Source of the DNA: Chitinophagales bacterium
Lineage (GTDB): Bacteria > Bacteroidota > Bacteroidia > Chitinophagales > UBA8649
Direction of reading: 5' to 3'
DNA length: 64,000 bases
NCBI GenBank assembly: GCA_037624485.1
Contig: JASJJC010000023.1
Coordinates: 64,216-128,215 of the forward strand
Part shown: positions 10,758 to 20,341 of the stretch, in pieces
Position numbering within the stretch: position 1 is the first letter of the stretch
How the letters are laid out: each line of letters opens with the position of its first letter
The notes under the pieces: generated by a model
Databases searched by the model: none
Told to the model about the DNA's origin: nothing
The model's input: only the letters and a program-made list of their open reading frames with translations
Position numbers and translations under genes: made by a program

Positions 10758-10759
10758 TT

Positions 10760-12409
10760 GTGTTGAGTTTGCCGTCGTCCAGTAAGCAATTCCCCCAATC
10801 AAAGTTATTATTATTTATTGTTTATGGCTTCATAAGCTTGTTCATGTTTAGAAACACGCAAGAAGCGGGCTTAGTCTTTGATTTCAATGGCTGGGCAAAA
10901 GTTTATAATGAACATACATTTACGGATGTATTTACAAGTTTTGGGTACCCGGGACTGCACCAATTAGGACATTTATTTTTTTATTCATGTTATAAAATCT
11001 TTGGCTTTAATGGGACAGCATGGTACTTGTTATTTTCACTCTTACATGCTTCTACGGCGGTTATAGCATTTAGCTTAGTTCAAGATATAGGTAAATATCT
11101 TTTTTCAAGTCCTGTCCATAAATACTTGCCTTTACTAGCCTCTTTTTTATTTTTGACTTCTCCTTTTGCAGTGGATGTGGCCGTATCAAAAGTTTGTTTG
11201 CATTACTTATTAAGTACGCTTTTAATTTTCATCAGTTTACGTTGTTTTATTCAATACTTATCTCAAGCTAAGCAAATATTCTTACTCGGCTCTTTACTGA
11301 GCTTCTCGCTCGCCTTATTCTGCTTGGAGATTGCATACATCCTACCAGCGCTTGTTATTTACTTGCTGTGTTATCACACATACCAGATTAAAGTAGTTAA
11401 TATGGGTAAAGTGCTGAAAATTACTTTGCTGTTCTTTGGGGTTTTGGCATCATTTTTACTTCTTCATAAAGTTTTGGTGGGCACGTTTATCGGACATTAT
11501 GGCTCTGAGGTACATACAAAATTTGTTTTACGAGATCTCTTGATAAACTTTTCATATTACTTAAATAACTACCTGTTCTTTTTTGATTTTTGGAGTTATT
11601 CGTACAAAGAATTTCAAACGGAATGGATGTATCGCTATGGATTATTGTTGTTTGCAGGCCTGTTACTTTTGCCCTTAATAGCCTTTGTACTAAAAAGGAA
11701 AATGCATAATCGTATCGGTCAGCTTGTTTTATTTGCCGGTTTGTTTTTTTTAGCATTGCTGCCTATTTTAAATTTGTATTGCGTGACGCTTCAACCTATT
11801 GAGGCGGATCGATACGCTTATTTGGCTTCCATTTTTATTTATGCTGCCATAGCCATCTCGTTTCTTAGTGTTTCAAGGTGGGTTCAAATTCCATTAGCCT
11901 TGGTCTACATGTTTTTCCACTTTAGCTTTACTTTTCAAAATATTGAGGCATTTAGTGAAATGGGACAAGTAAGTCGTGGCCTATTGGATGATTTTAAATG
12001 GGAGGATAAAGAAAAAGTTATCATTTTGGTCCAACCGGAAAACAATAATGGAGCACGAGCATTTACCACCATAAGTAGGCATGGTTCAGAATTTGCAGAA
12101 TCACTTTATTTAGAAAGAGGGATTGATATTCGAGACAAGGTTGATTTAATCTACGAAATGAATATCAATAGTGTGAATGATTCTGTTGTTGTAGAAGTAA
12201 TTGATAAAAAAAATATAAAAGTGAAGGTAGGATCTTGGGGCAGTTGGTTTTGGAAGCATCATTTAGGTGCACAATCATTTAAAACTAAAAACTACTCAAC
12301 AATCGTTCATGATGGTCTTGCGTTTGATTTGATCTTGAATGAGCCGCTTAAAGAAAATGAGGTAATGCTATACATGAATGGAAATTCCTGGCAAGTAGTA
12401 AACTTTTAG
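10760..12409 (+). CDS. Hypothetical polytopic membrane protein with C-terminal soluble domain
   Basis: 549 aa. The GTG start is 2 nt after the carboxyltransferase stop. There are at least 10 hydrophobic helices, then a ~150 aa hydrophilic tail. No motif recognised. Confidence 0.55.
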   Translation: MLSLPSSSKQFPQSKLLLFIVYGFISLFMFRNTQEAGLVFDFNGWAKVYNEHTFTDVFTSFGYPGLHQLGHLFFYSCYKIFGFNGTAWYLLFSLLHASTAVIAFSLVQDIGKYLFSSPVHKYLPLLASFLFLTSPFAVDVAVSKVCLHYLLSTLLIFISLRCFIQYLSQAKQIFLLGSLLSFSLALFCLEIAYILPALVIYLLCYHTYQIKVVNMGKVLKITLLFFGVLASFLLLHKVLVGTFIGHYGSEVHTKFVLRDLLINFSYYLNNYLFFFDFWSYSYKEFQTEWMYRYGLLLFAGLLLLPLIAFVLKRKMHNRIGQLVLFAGLFFLALLPILNLYCVTLQPIEADRYAYLASIFIYAAIAISFLSVSRWVQIPLALVYMFFHFSFTFQNIEAFSEMGQVSRGLLDDFKWEDKEKVIILVQPENNNGARAFTTISRHGSEFAESLYLERGIDIRDKVDLIYEMNINSVNDSVVVEVIDKKNIKVKVGSWGSWFWKHHLGAQSFKTKNYSTIVHDGLAFDLILNEPLKENEVMLYMNGNSWQVVNF

Positions 12410-13062
12410 AATCTAGCATCCGTAATATCGATGTCATCGTATTCTTCAGGATTAAATTTAAAGAACTCATCTTCTAGCGGAACGTTAGGCGTAAAAGCAT
12501 TGATTTTATAGACATAATGCATTCCAGAGCGCTCGTAAATCTTAGATTCAATAATGCTCTTCTCCGCAGGGGAAACTTTTAAGTCAATTTTAAAGAAGGT
12601 TTGATCTTTATCAACTGGAGTTAACTCAATAATTTTTATCAACTTCCCACTGGAGGTCTTATACTCTTCCTTCAATCTGAAGATATAGTCACTGCTGTAC
12701 AAATCAAACAACATGGAAGGCGAAAACATAGCTTCATCTTCATTATAATCATTGATTTGAACTTCATTGTACTCTTTCAAATAGTTCCAAATAGTCACAT
12801 TATCTGAAACGAACATTTGATCTATCAACTCCACTTTAAACATGTCACCTTTGAACCAGGCTTTTACCTCTGAAACTTGATCCTCTTCTATTTCCGGTAA
12901 ATTAATAGTCAAGGTAAGATCCATCTTAGCCGAATTGAATTTCTGGTATTTTTCGGAAACTGATTTTAGCAGGGCATCTGCTTCTGCATCTATTGCATTG
13001 TTTTGTGCAAAAATGAAATTAGTACTTATGAATAAAATGAAGATTGTTTTTAAAGTGCCCAT
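12406..13062 (-). CDS. LolA-like outer-membrane lipoprotein carrier protein
   Basis: 218 aa with a signal peptide. It sits immediately downstream of ftsK, as is conserved in Bacteroidota, and has LolA-like size and composition. Confidence 0.55.
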   Translation of the reverse strand: MGTLKTIFILFISTNFIFAQNNAIDAEADALLKSVSEKYQKFNSAKMDLTLTINLPEIEEDQVSEVKAWFKGDMFKVELIDQMFVSDNVTIWNYLKEYNEVQINDYNEDEAMFSPSMLFDLYSSDYIFRLKEEYKTSSGKLIKIIELTPVDKDQTFFKIDLKVSPAEKSIIESKIYERSGMHYVYKINAFTPNVPLEDEFFKFNPEEYDDIDITDARF

Positions 13063-13078
13063 GAATTACATTTATATA

Positions 13079-15511
13079 TTACTCTTGCGTCAAAAATTGT
13101 TCCAATTCTGCTTCTGTCTTACAATAAACGTCTCGTGGCTTACTTCCTAGATTAGGGCCCACGATTCCCGCATTTTCTAACTGATCCATAATTCTTCCCG
13201 CTCGGTTATAACCGAGTTTCAATCTTCTTTGGATCATGGAGGTGCTTCCTACTTGATTATTGACAATTACTCTTGCTGCATCTTCAAAGAGTGCATCTCG
13301 TTCATCTTCACTGTAAGTGCCTCGATCCTTGCCTTCTGAGCTCGGATCGACGTATTCAGGCAATTCAAAAACTGTCGGATATCCTTGTTGCTGACTGATA
13401 AAATCCACTAATTCTTCAACTTCCGGTGTATCGATAAAAGCACATTGCAAACGAATCATATCACTTCCTTGAGAAAAAAGCATATCTCCGCGTCCAATAA
13501 GTTGGTCAGCACCGCCAGCATCTAGGATAGTTCTTGAATCTATTTTGGATGAAACTTTAAATGAAATTCTTGCAGGAAAATTTGCTTTGATTACCCCTGT
13601 GATAATGTTTACAGAAGGACGTTGTGTAGCTAACACCAGATGAATACCAATTGCTCGTGCTAATTGCGCTAATCGGGCAATAGGAGTCTCTACTTCTTTA
13701 CCTGCGGTCATAATTAAATCTGCAAACTCATCGATAACCAAAACAATATAGGGTAAAAACTTATGACCGTTATTTGGATTTAATTTTCGTGAAACAAATT
13801 TTTGATTGTATTCTTTTAGATTTCTCGCTTTCCCATCTTTTAAGAGGTTATAACGATCATCCATTTCAATGCAAAGTGCATTGAGCGTGGCGACTACCTT
13901 CTGAACGTCTGTTATAATTGCTTCTTCTTCTCCTGGTAGTATGGCCAAAAAATGTTTTTCGATTGCATTGTAAATCGACAATTCTACTTTCTTTGGATCG
14001 ACTAACACAAACTTTAGTTGTGACGGATGCTTCTTGTAAAGCAAGGAACACAGAATTGCATTGATGCCAACTGATTTCCCTTGGCCGGTTGCCCCTGCCA
14101 TCAAAAGATGCGGCATTTTTGTAAGATCTGCAATAAATATTTCATTAGCAATATTCTTTCCTAAGGCTATTGGAAGTTCCAACTTGGTATTGCTGAATTT
14201 TTCAGATGAAAGCATAGACTTCATAGAAACTGTCTCTTTCTTGGCATTTGGGACTTCTATGCCAATCGTTCCTTTACCCGGAATAGGAGCAATGATCCGT
14301 ATGCCAAGTGCAGCTAAACTTAAGGCAATATCATCTTCTAAGTTTTTTATTTTTGAAATACGCACTCCTTTAGCTGGTATAATTTCATATAGTGTTACTG
14401 TAGGACCAACCGTCGCTTTAATTTTTGATATTTCAATATTGTAATTCTGTAGAGTTTCAACAATTTGATTTTTGTTTCTTTCTAATTCCTCTTTATCTAT
14501 ACTTACTTTGTCTCCACCGTGATCTTGAAGAATACTCAGTGGCGGATATTTATAATTACTCAAATCTAAGGTGGGGTCATAGTTGCCATCATTCTTTACT
14601 GATTTAACTGTTTTTTCTTCAATGGTTTCAGTAATCGCTAATTCTAGTTTCTCTGGTTCTTCATCTAATTCTTCTGGCGGTTTAGTTTCGGCAATGTTTT
14701 TGGCCGGCAGGTCCTCTTTGTTACTTAAATCAAAATCTAAGGAACCATCCTCTTCATCTTCCACTATTTCTTCTGTACCGTCCGAAATACTTACTTCAAT
14801 TTCTTGAAGCTTATCTTTTTCAAATATGGATTCATTCATACTGATTGACACTTTCGCGTCATCTTTGTCTGCAGTCTTCGGTTTTGCTTTTAAATGTTTT
14901 AGGAGTTTGTCAAAATCCAAATCAAAAGCTACAATTAGGTATATGACGCCAATAGTTAGTAGCAGCGCTGTTGTGCCAATACTCTTGAAATTATTCACCA
15001 ACCACCCATTACTTCCGGCTATATAGTAGCCTACACTTCCGCCTGGATGAAAGAAAGCATTTTTAAATAATGAGTAACGAATAAACTCGCTTATAGCAGC
15101 GATAAAGAACATTAGGAAAATACTATGATAGCTGATCGTTTTCCATTTGAATATCCTTCGTCGAAATAGGAGATTGACCCCATATACGAAAAGCATAACA
15201 CAAACGAAAAATGCACCAATTCCAAAAGATTTTTTAATCAATATCGCTGAGATGTGGTACCCAAACTTCCCTAAAGAATTCGCGTAATTGACTTTGAAAG
15301 ATTCTTGATTAAGTTCATCAACAACCATACTACTTACACTGGCCTCGTCGATATGCCATGTAAATATATATGAAGAGAAGGACAAGAGTAGGAGCAGCGA
15401 AAATAAGATAAACACCAATCCAACTATCTTGGTATACTGCTTTTTATTTCCCCAATTCACGGCATGATCATCCAGTTCTTCTGTCATCTTTGTTTTAAGT
15501 GATTTGGCCAT
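13079..15511 (-). CDS. ftsK: DNA translocase FtsK/SpoIIIE
   Basis: 810 aa. It has N-terminal TM helices, an acidic linker, Walker A (GATGQGKS), the motor domain and a C-terminal gamma winged-helix (VGSTSMIQRRLKLGYNRAGRIMDQLE). Confidence 0.95.
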   Translation of the reverse strand: MAKSLKTKMTEELDDHAVNWGNKKQYTKIVGLVFILFSLLLLLSFSSYIFTWHIDEASVSSMVVDELNQESFKVNYANSLGKFGYHISAILIKKSFGIGAFFVCVMLFVYGVNLLFRRRIFKWKTISYHSIFLMFFIAAISEFIRYSLFKNAFFHPGGSVGYYIAGSNGWLVNNFKSIGTTALLLTIGVIYLIVAFDLDFDKLLKHLKAKPKTADKDDAKVSISMNESIFEKDKLQEIEVSISDGTEEIVEDEEDGSLDFDLSNKEDLPAKNIAETKPPEELDEEPEKLELAITETIEEKTVKSVKNDGNYDPTLDLSNYKYPPLSILQDHGGDKVSIDKEELERNKNQIVETLQNYNIEISKIKATVGPTVTLYEIIPAKGVRISKIKNLEDDIALSLAALGIRIIAPIPGKGTIGIEVPNAKKETVSMKSMLSSEKFSNTKLELPIALGKNIANEIFIADLTKMPHLLMAGATGQGKSVGINAILCSLLYKKHPSQLKFVLVDPKKVELSIYNAIEKHFLAILPGEEEAIITDVQKVVATLNALCIEMDDRYNLLKDGKARNLKEYNQKFVSRKLNPNNGHKFLPYIVLVIDEFADLIMTAGKEVETPIARLAQLARAIGIHLVLATQRPSVNIITGVIKANFPARISFKVSSKIDSRTILDAGGADQLIGRGDMLFSQGSDMIRLQCAFIDTPEVEELVDFISQQQGYPTVFELPEYVDPSSEGKDRGTYSEDERDALFEDAARVIVNNQVGSTSMIQRRLKLGYNRAGRIMDQLENAGIVGPNLGSKPRDVYCKTEAELEQFLTQE

Positions 15512-15620
15512 TTGAACTTCTTAATGATTTAATTCTCTAAAAATCGTGTATATAAGAGTGTTCTTTAAATAAACAGGGATTCTTTTACCAACAGCGATGT
15601 GTTAATTGAGTAAAGTTGAT

Positions 15621-15651
15621 AAAAAAAGGAGCGACTATGCGCTCCTTTTTT
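15621..15651 (-). terminator. Rho-independent terminator-like hairpin
   Basis: GGAGCG-loop-CGCTCC flanked by A7/T6 runs, just downstream of the 15672-16379 gene. Confidence 0.6.
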
Positions 15652-15671
15652 ATAGATTTATGAGTAAGAAC

Positions 15672-16379
15672 TTATTTTTTTATAAATGTTTTCGTGAAAA
15701 ATACACTTCTTTTGCTATCAAAAAGTTTCACTAAATAAACCCCATGGTCTAGATTTTGTATATCGATTTTTAAATCGTTCAAACTTGAAATTTCTTTTCT
15801 TAGAACTTCTTTACCTATGATACTAAACACTTCAACTGAATTCACATCATTAGCATCTTCAATACCTTTAATTTTTATGAAATTGCTCGCAGGATTTGGG
15901 AAAATAGAGATTGCTTGAGCATCTATTTCTTTTACTCCACTGATCGGCTCTGCTGTTATGTCGGCTTTATATAAAACTGTCACTGATGACCCCGATAATC
16001 CATCTACTGAAACACTTACACTTATGTCACTAACACCACCTTCAAGAAAAGGTAAATAAGCCATTTTTAAAATAGAGGTAGAATCTGATTCCAAAAAGAA
16101 TGTGCTTTCCGTGGTTGTTGCTAAATCAAGGCAATTGGTGTTGTCACAAAAAGATACACTCCAAGCCAATGGTGAACTATTATTAGTGACTCTCCATTTA
16201 AAAGTAAGGTCAGCGCTTGAGTCGTTTTTCACGTATGCGTATAGAATCACTTCATCGTTGCTGTTACCTACCGTTTCTGCAACATAAACAGAATCTGAAG
16301 GGGTTATACTAAACGTTTGAGCATTTACAATATTTAGAATGCTAAAGCCAATTAAAAGAAAGAGTATATTTTTTGTCAT
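15672..16379 (-). CDS. Secreted protein with T9SS type A C-terminal sorting domain
   Basis: 235 aa with a signal peptide. The C-terminus (ISIFPNPASNFIKIKG...HGVYLVKLF) is typical of a T9SS CTD. Confidence 0.75.
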   Translation of the reverse strand: MTKNILFLLIGFSILNIVNAQTFSITPSDSVYVAETVGNSNDEVILYAYVKNDSSADLTFKWRVTNNSSPLAWSVSFCDNTNCLDLATTTESTFFLESDSTSILKMAYLPFLEGGVSDISVSVSVDGLSGSSVTVLYKADITAEPISGVKEIDAQAISIFPNPASNFIKIKGIEDANDVNSVEVFSIIGKEVLRKEISSLNDLKIDIQNLDHGVYLVKLFDSKRSVFFTKTFIKK

Positions 16380-16458
16380 TTTGGTTTATTTACTAGGTAA
16401 AGGTAGAAAAAAATATTAAATTAGCTTCCTTACAATCTTTAATTAAAAATCAACACAT

Positions 16459-19400
16459 ATGAATAAGAATTTACTTTCAACCATATTGAGTCTAATGACT
16501 CTCTCATTAAGTTTTGCTCAACTTCCTTTCAATGAGGATTTCGCTACGGGTATTCCAGCCTCCTGGCAAAATATAGATAATACTTCAAACAACGGTGGAA
16601 CTTGGGAATGGATTAACGATTCAGGTGATCAGTTTGCTGTTTTTAATTCTGATGGCTTCGGTGATGATGGAATTCCGGAAAATGCAGATTTAATAACACC
16701 TGCTATCGATTGTTCTTCAGCAAGTTTTGTTGCAGTATCTTTTCTATCTTCATTTAGACAATATCAAAGCAGCGTAGGTACAGCATCAATAAGTACAGAT
16801 GGTGGATCAACATGGACTGCATTTTATACGGTTAATACGTCAATTGGAGTAATTGTTTTAGAAGATATTACCGCTGCAGCCGCTGGTGTGGCTGATGTTC
16901 GATTCAAATTCAATTTTGTTGGTAATTGGGATTATTTCTGGATAATCGATGACTTTAGCGTGTATACACCCTCAAGTAAAGATTTTTCTTGTTTCGATAT
17001 CAGTACGGGATTATATAATGATATAGCTGACAGTCCAATTAGCATTGCGGGTAGCTTAGAGAATCTAGGTAGTGAAACAATTACTTCTTTTGATATCAAT
17101 TATAGGGTTGATGGCGGTGCTCCGGTTACTGCACCAATTACTGGAGTGAGTATCGGTTTTGGCGATTCTTACAACTTTACACATCCAACAGGTTTTTCTC
17201 CGAGTTCTTCTGGTGATTATGAAATTACTGTTTTTGCATCTAATTTAAATGGCGGTGCTGACGGAAATACCTCGAATGATGAGTTCTCTAAATTTATTAT
17301 CGTATTTGATTTTGCAGTGCAGCGAGTGCCTTTATTTGAGATTTTCACTGCTTCAACAAATCCTCCATGTAAACCAGCTAATGAAAATTTCCATTCAATT
17401 GTAGATTCGAAACCAACTCAGGAATTTGTTTCTATTAAGTATCAAGAAGATTTCCCTGGTACAGGTGATCCATATGCAACTGATGAAAGTGTTGCTAGAA
17501 GAGGTTTCTACGGCATCAACTCAATTCCAAGCATGGAAATTGATGGTGGATACTATCCAAATTCTCTTGCTACCACAGCTTTTTCCCAAACGCTATATGA
17601 TGATGCTATTAGTAGACCGTCTTTTACATTCTTGCAGGCTACATACGAGGTAAATGATACCACTAAGACGGTTGAAGTCGAAGTTGAAGGCTTACCAATT
17701 CGGGATTATTCAGCAAGCACCTATAAGCTGTATGTAGCAATTATTGAAAATGTTACAGAATTAAATGTAAAGGGTAATGGAGAAACAGAATTTTATGAAG
17801 TAGTTAAAAAGATGCTTCCTGATGCTTCTGGTACAACCATAGTTAGTTTAGATTCTTTGCAGCCCTTTACCTTAAGCACTTCTTATACTTTTCAGGGGAG
17901 CTACAGACTTCCAGCAAATGGACAAGCAGCTAATAGAATTAACCATGCTATAGAACACTCTGTTGAGCAATTCTCAGATTTACGAGTTGTGGTTTGGATC
18001 CAAGATGAGGTTTCAAAGGACATTTTACAAGCATTTAATGCAGTTAATCCTTTAGATTCAGATGGAGATGGCACACCAGATGAAGTGGAAGCTTATTTAG
18101 GTACGGGAATTTTTGATATTACAGACTTTCCTGATGAAGATGCAGATGGTTTGGGTGATTGGGCAGAAGTGTCTAACGGAAGGCACCCACTGGCTCCCAA
18201 TTGCAGTAATGTAAATTTGATTTATGACACCATATGTGGAGGGCCTTATGTTTGGAACAATACTTCTTATGCTAATTCGGGAAGTTATAATCAAACTTTC
18301 CAATTGCAAAATGGGTGTGATAGTATAGTTATACTTTTTCTGACCGTCTATCCTAGTAGTTTTAATCCATCCTTTTCATCTACCCAGCAATTGTTTACTA
18401 ACCCACCCTTTGCCGTTCAATTTACAAACACAACGTCTAATACAGGGAATTTGATTTTTACATGGTATTGGGGGGATGGAACAGCAACAACCAACAATAA
18501 TCCAACAGTTTTTCATGAATACTTGTCAGATGGCTTATATTCTGTGACATTAGAAGTTGCTAATACTTCAACGGGTTGTAGTGATCAGATTACTCTTGTT
18601 GATTATATTTTTGCAACAGGCGGGGTATCTTGTACACACCCCTCAGTTATTAGCCAGTCAAGCCCAATAACTGCTTGTGACGGTCAAAATATTGTGCTAA
18701 CTTGTAATTCCAGCGCTTCCTACACCTATCAATGGTTGAAGAATGGGGTCTATATTTCGGGCAACAACAATGACTCTCTAACAGTTACACAGACGGCAGT
18801 GTATTCGGTAATAATTTCAGAAAATTCCTGCCCGGTAGCTTCTAATAACGTAGCGGTTAACTTTTCCCCCATAATGACACCTGTAGTCACTGTTAGTGGA
18901 ACTCTTCAGCCTTGCATCGGAAGTTCTTTAACCTTGAATACAACATCGGGTTTTGTAAGCTATTTATGGTCAAACGGAGACACTACTCCAAGCACAATAA
19001 TTAACACTTCTGGTAGCTACACTGTTCAAGTAACTGATTCAAATGGATGTGTGGAAACATCACTTCCATATGCAGTGAATGCCTCAATTCTACCCGTGCA
19101 GAATATGTGTATCGTTGGTGTAGATTCATTGACAAACAATATTCGTGTAGTTTGGGAAAAACTAACGACAGCAGGGATCGATTCATTTTTCATTTATAGA
19201 GAAACATCCGTTTCAGATGTATACAGCAAGGTTGGCGAAACGGCTTATGATAGTCTATCTGTTTGGGTTGACCCCTTAACTAATCCTGCTGTTCAAGCGT
19301 ATCGCTACAAAATAACAGCACTTGATACTTGCGGAGCTGAGACACCCTTAAGTGAGTTTCATAAAACAATTCATTTAACCATTAATCAAGGGGTAAACAA

Positions 19401-19899
19401 TGCAAAGAATTTGATTTGGAGTCATTATGAGGGAATAACATTTGGCAGCTACAACATCTATAGAGGAACGACAGCGAATAATTTAACTTTATTGACGACC
19501 ATACAGAGCAATTTAAATTCTTTTACGGATCTTTCTGCTCCAACTGCTAGTGTTTATTATCAAATTGAAGTAGTTAAACCAAATAGTTGTAACCCAACAA
19601 AATCAACGAATTATGGATCTGCCAAATCGAACATAGTTAATGATGGTACTACAGCAATAGCTGAATTTACAGATGCAAGATTCAAACTATATCCTAATCC
19701 TTCAAGTGAAGAAATTAACATTGAGACCACCTTCGAAAATGTCGGAGAAGAGTTCGTTTTATTGGATTATGTGGGAAGAGTTGTTCACGAAGGAAAAATA
19801 GAATCAACACAAATGACAATTAATGTTAGTGAAATGGCTCAGGGTGTTTATTTGTTCTGTTCAGGAAGCTCAAGGCCAGTTAAAGTGGTAATCAACTAG
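16459..19899 (+). CDS. Large multidomain T9SS-secreted surface protein
   Basis: 1146 aa. It has a signal peptide, an N-terminal MAM/choice-of-anchor-J-like region and Asp-rich TSP3-like calcium loops (DSDGDGTPDE, DEDADGLGDW). It also has a PKD-like WYWGDG segment, Cys-rich Ig-like repeats, an FN3-like region and a T9SS CTD (KLYPNPSSEEINIE...GVYLF). Confidence 0.8.
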   Translation: MNKNLLSTILSLMTLSLSFAQLPFNEDFATGIPASWQNIDNTSNNGGTWEWINDSGDQFAVFNSDGFGDDGIPENADLITPAIDCSSASFVAVSFLSSFRQYQSSVGTASISTDGGSTWTAFYTVNTSIGVIVLEDITAAAAGVADVRFKFNFVGNWDYFWIIDDFSVYTPSSKDFSCFDISTGLYNDIADSPISIAGSLENLGSETITSFDINYRVDGGAPVTAPITGVSIGFGDSYNFTHPTGFSPSSSGDYEITVFASNLNGGADGNTSNDEFSKFIIVFDFAVQRVPLFEIFTASTNPPCKPANENFHSIVDSKPTQEFVSIKYQEDFPGTGDPYATDESVARRGFYGINSIPSMEIDGGYYPNSLATTAFSQTLYDDAISRPSFTFLQATYEVNDTTKTVEVEVEGLPIRDYSASTYKLYVAIIENVTELNVKGNGETEFYEVVKKMLPDASGTTIVSLDSLQPFTLSTSYTFQGSYRLPANGQAANRINHAIEHSVEQFSDLRVVVWIQDEVSKDILQAFNAVNPLDSDGDGTPDEVEAYLGTGIFDITDFPDEDADGLGDWAEVSNGRHPLAPNCSNVNLIYDTICGGPYVWNNTSYANSGSYNQTFQLQNGCDSIVILFLTVYPSSFNPSFSSTQQLFTNPPFAVQFTNTTSNTGNLIFTWYWGDGTATTNNNPTVFHEYLSDGLYSVTLEVANTSTGCSDQITLVDYIFATGGVSCTHPSVISQSSPITACDGQNIVLTCNSSASYTYQWLKNGVYISGNNNDSLTVTQTAVYSVIISENSCPVASNNVAVNFSPIMTPVVTVSGTLQPCIGSSLTLNTTSGFVSYLWSNGDTTPSTIINTSGSYTVQVTDSNGCVETSLPYAVNASILPVQNMCIVGVDSLTNNIRVVWEKLTTAGIDSFFIYRETSVSDVYSKVGETAYDSLSVWVDPLTNPAVQAYRYKITALDTCGAETPLSEFHKTIHLTINQGVNNAKNLIWSHYEGITFGSYNIYRGTTANNLTLLTTIQSNLNSFTDLSAPTASVYYQIEVVKPNSCNPTKSTNYGSAKSNIVNDGTTAIAEFTDARFKLYPNPSSEEINIETTFENVGEEFVLLDYVGRVVHEGKIESTQMTINVSEMAQGVYLFCSGSSRPVKVVIN

Positions 19900-20059
19900 T
19901 TTTTTTGTTGTGCCCTTTAGGAATATTAAAATGTTCGGTATAACACTGAAGCGACAACGGCGGACACGGTTGTTTCATTTAAAAGAGACCCTGTTTTATA
20001 GTATTTAAAGGTTTGTTGCTTCGGTTTGCGCCCATCATTTGTCCCATCAATAAAGTGTA

Positions 20060-20098
20060 AAAGCCACAAATCGATGATATTCAGCGATTTGTGGCTTT
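20060..20098. terminator. Bidirectional terminator hairpin (14-bp stem)
   Basis: AAAGCCACAAATCG / CGATTTGTGGCTTT with an 11-nt loop. It lies directly 3' of tRNA-Asn (minus strand) and downstream of the 1146-aa gene. Confidence 0.7.
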
Positions 20099-20103
20099 TA
20101 TCT

Positions 20104-20177
20104 GCTCCCCCTTCAGGACTTGAACCTGAGACCCTCTGATTAACAGTCAGATGCTCTAACCAACTGAGCTAAGGAGG
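20104..20177 (-). tRNA. tRNA-Asn (anticodon GTT)
   Basis: The reverse complement folds as a cloverleaf: acceptor TCCTCCT/AGGGGGA, anticodon stem TCTGA/TCAGA with loop CTGTTAA, and T-loop GGTTCAAGTCC. CCA is not encoded. Confidence 0.9.
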
Positions 20178-20311
20178 AATTTATACTTTTCACGTCTAGG
20201 TCTGACGATCACCACTATAAACACAGGTGTGTTCAAACGGATTGCAAAAATAAGTTAAACTTTTGTTTATACAAGGCATTCACTAAATTTTTTAATCATT
20301 ATTTTTTGTTC

Positions 20312-20319
20312 TACTTTTG
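20312..20319 (+). promoter_or_regulatory. Bacteroidota -7 box (TACTTTTG)
   Basis: Matches TAnnTTTG and ends 22 nt upstream of the ATG at 20342. Confidence 0.45.
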
Positions 20320-20341
20320 CAGCTTCATTAAAAAATAAGCA

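Noticed and set aside
13866-15026. Series of 60-127-aa ORFs on both strands inside ftsK
   Set aside because: These are shadow ORFs of ftsK with repetitive Ser-rich or hydrophobic nonsense translations. ftsK is continuous and full length.
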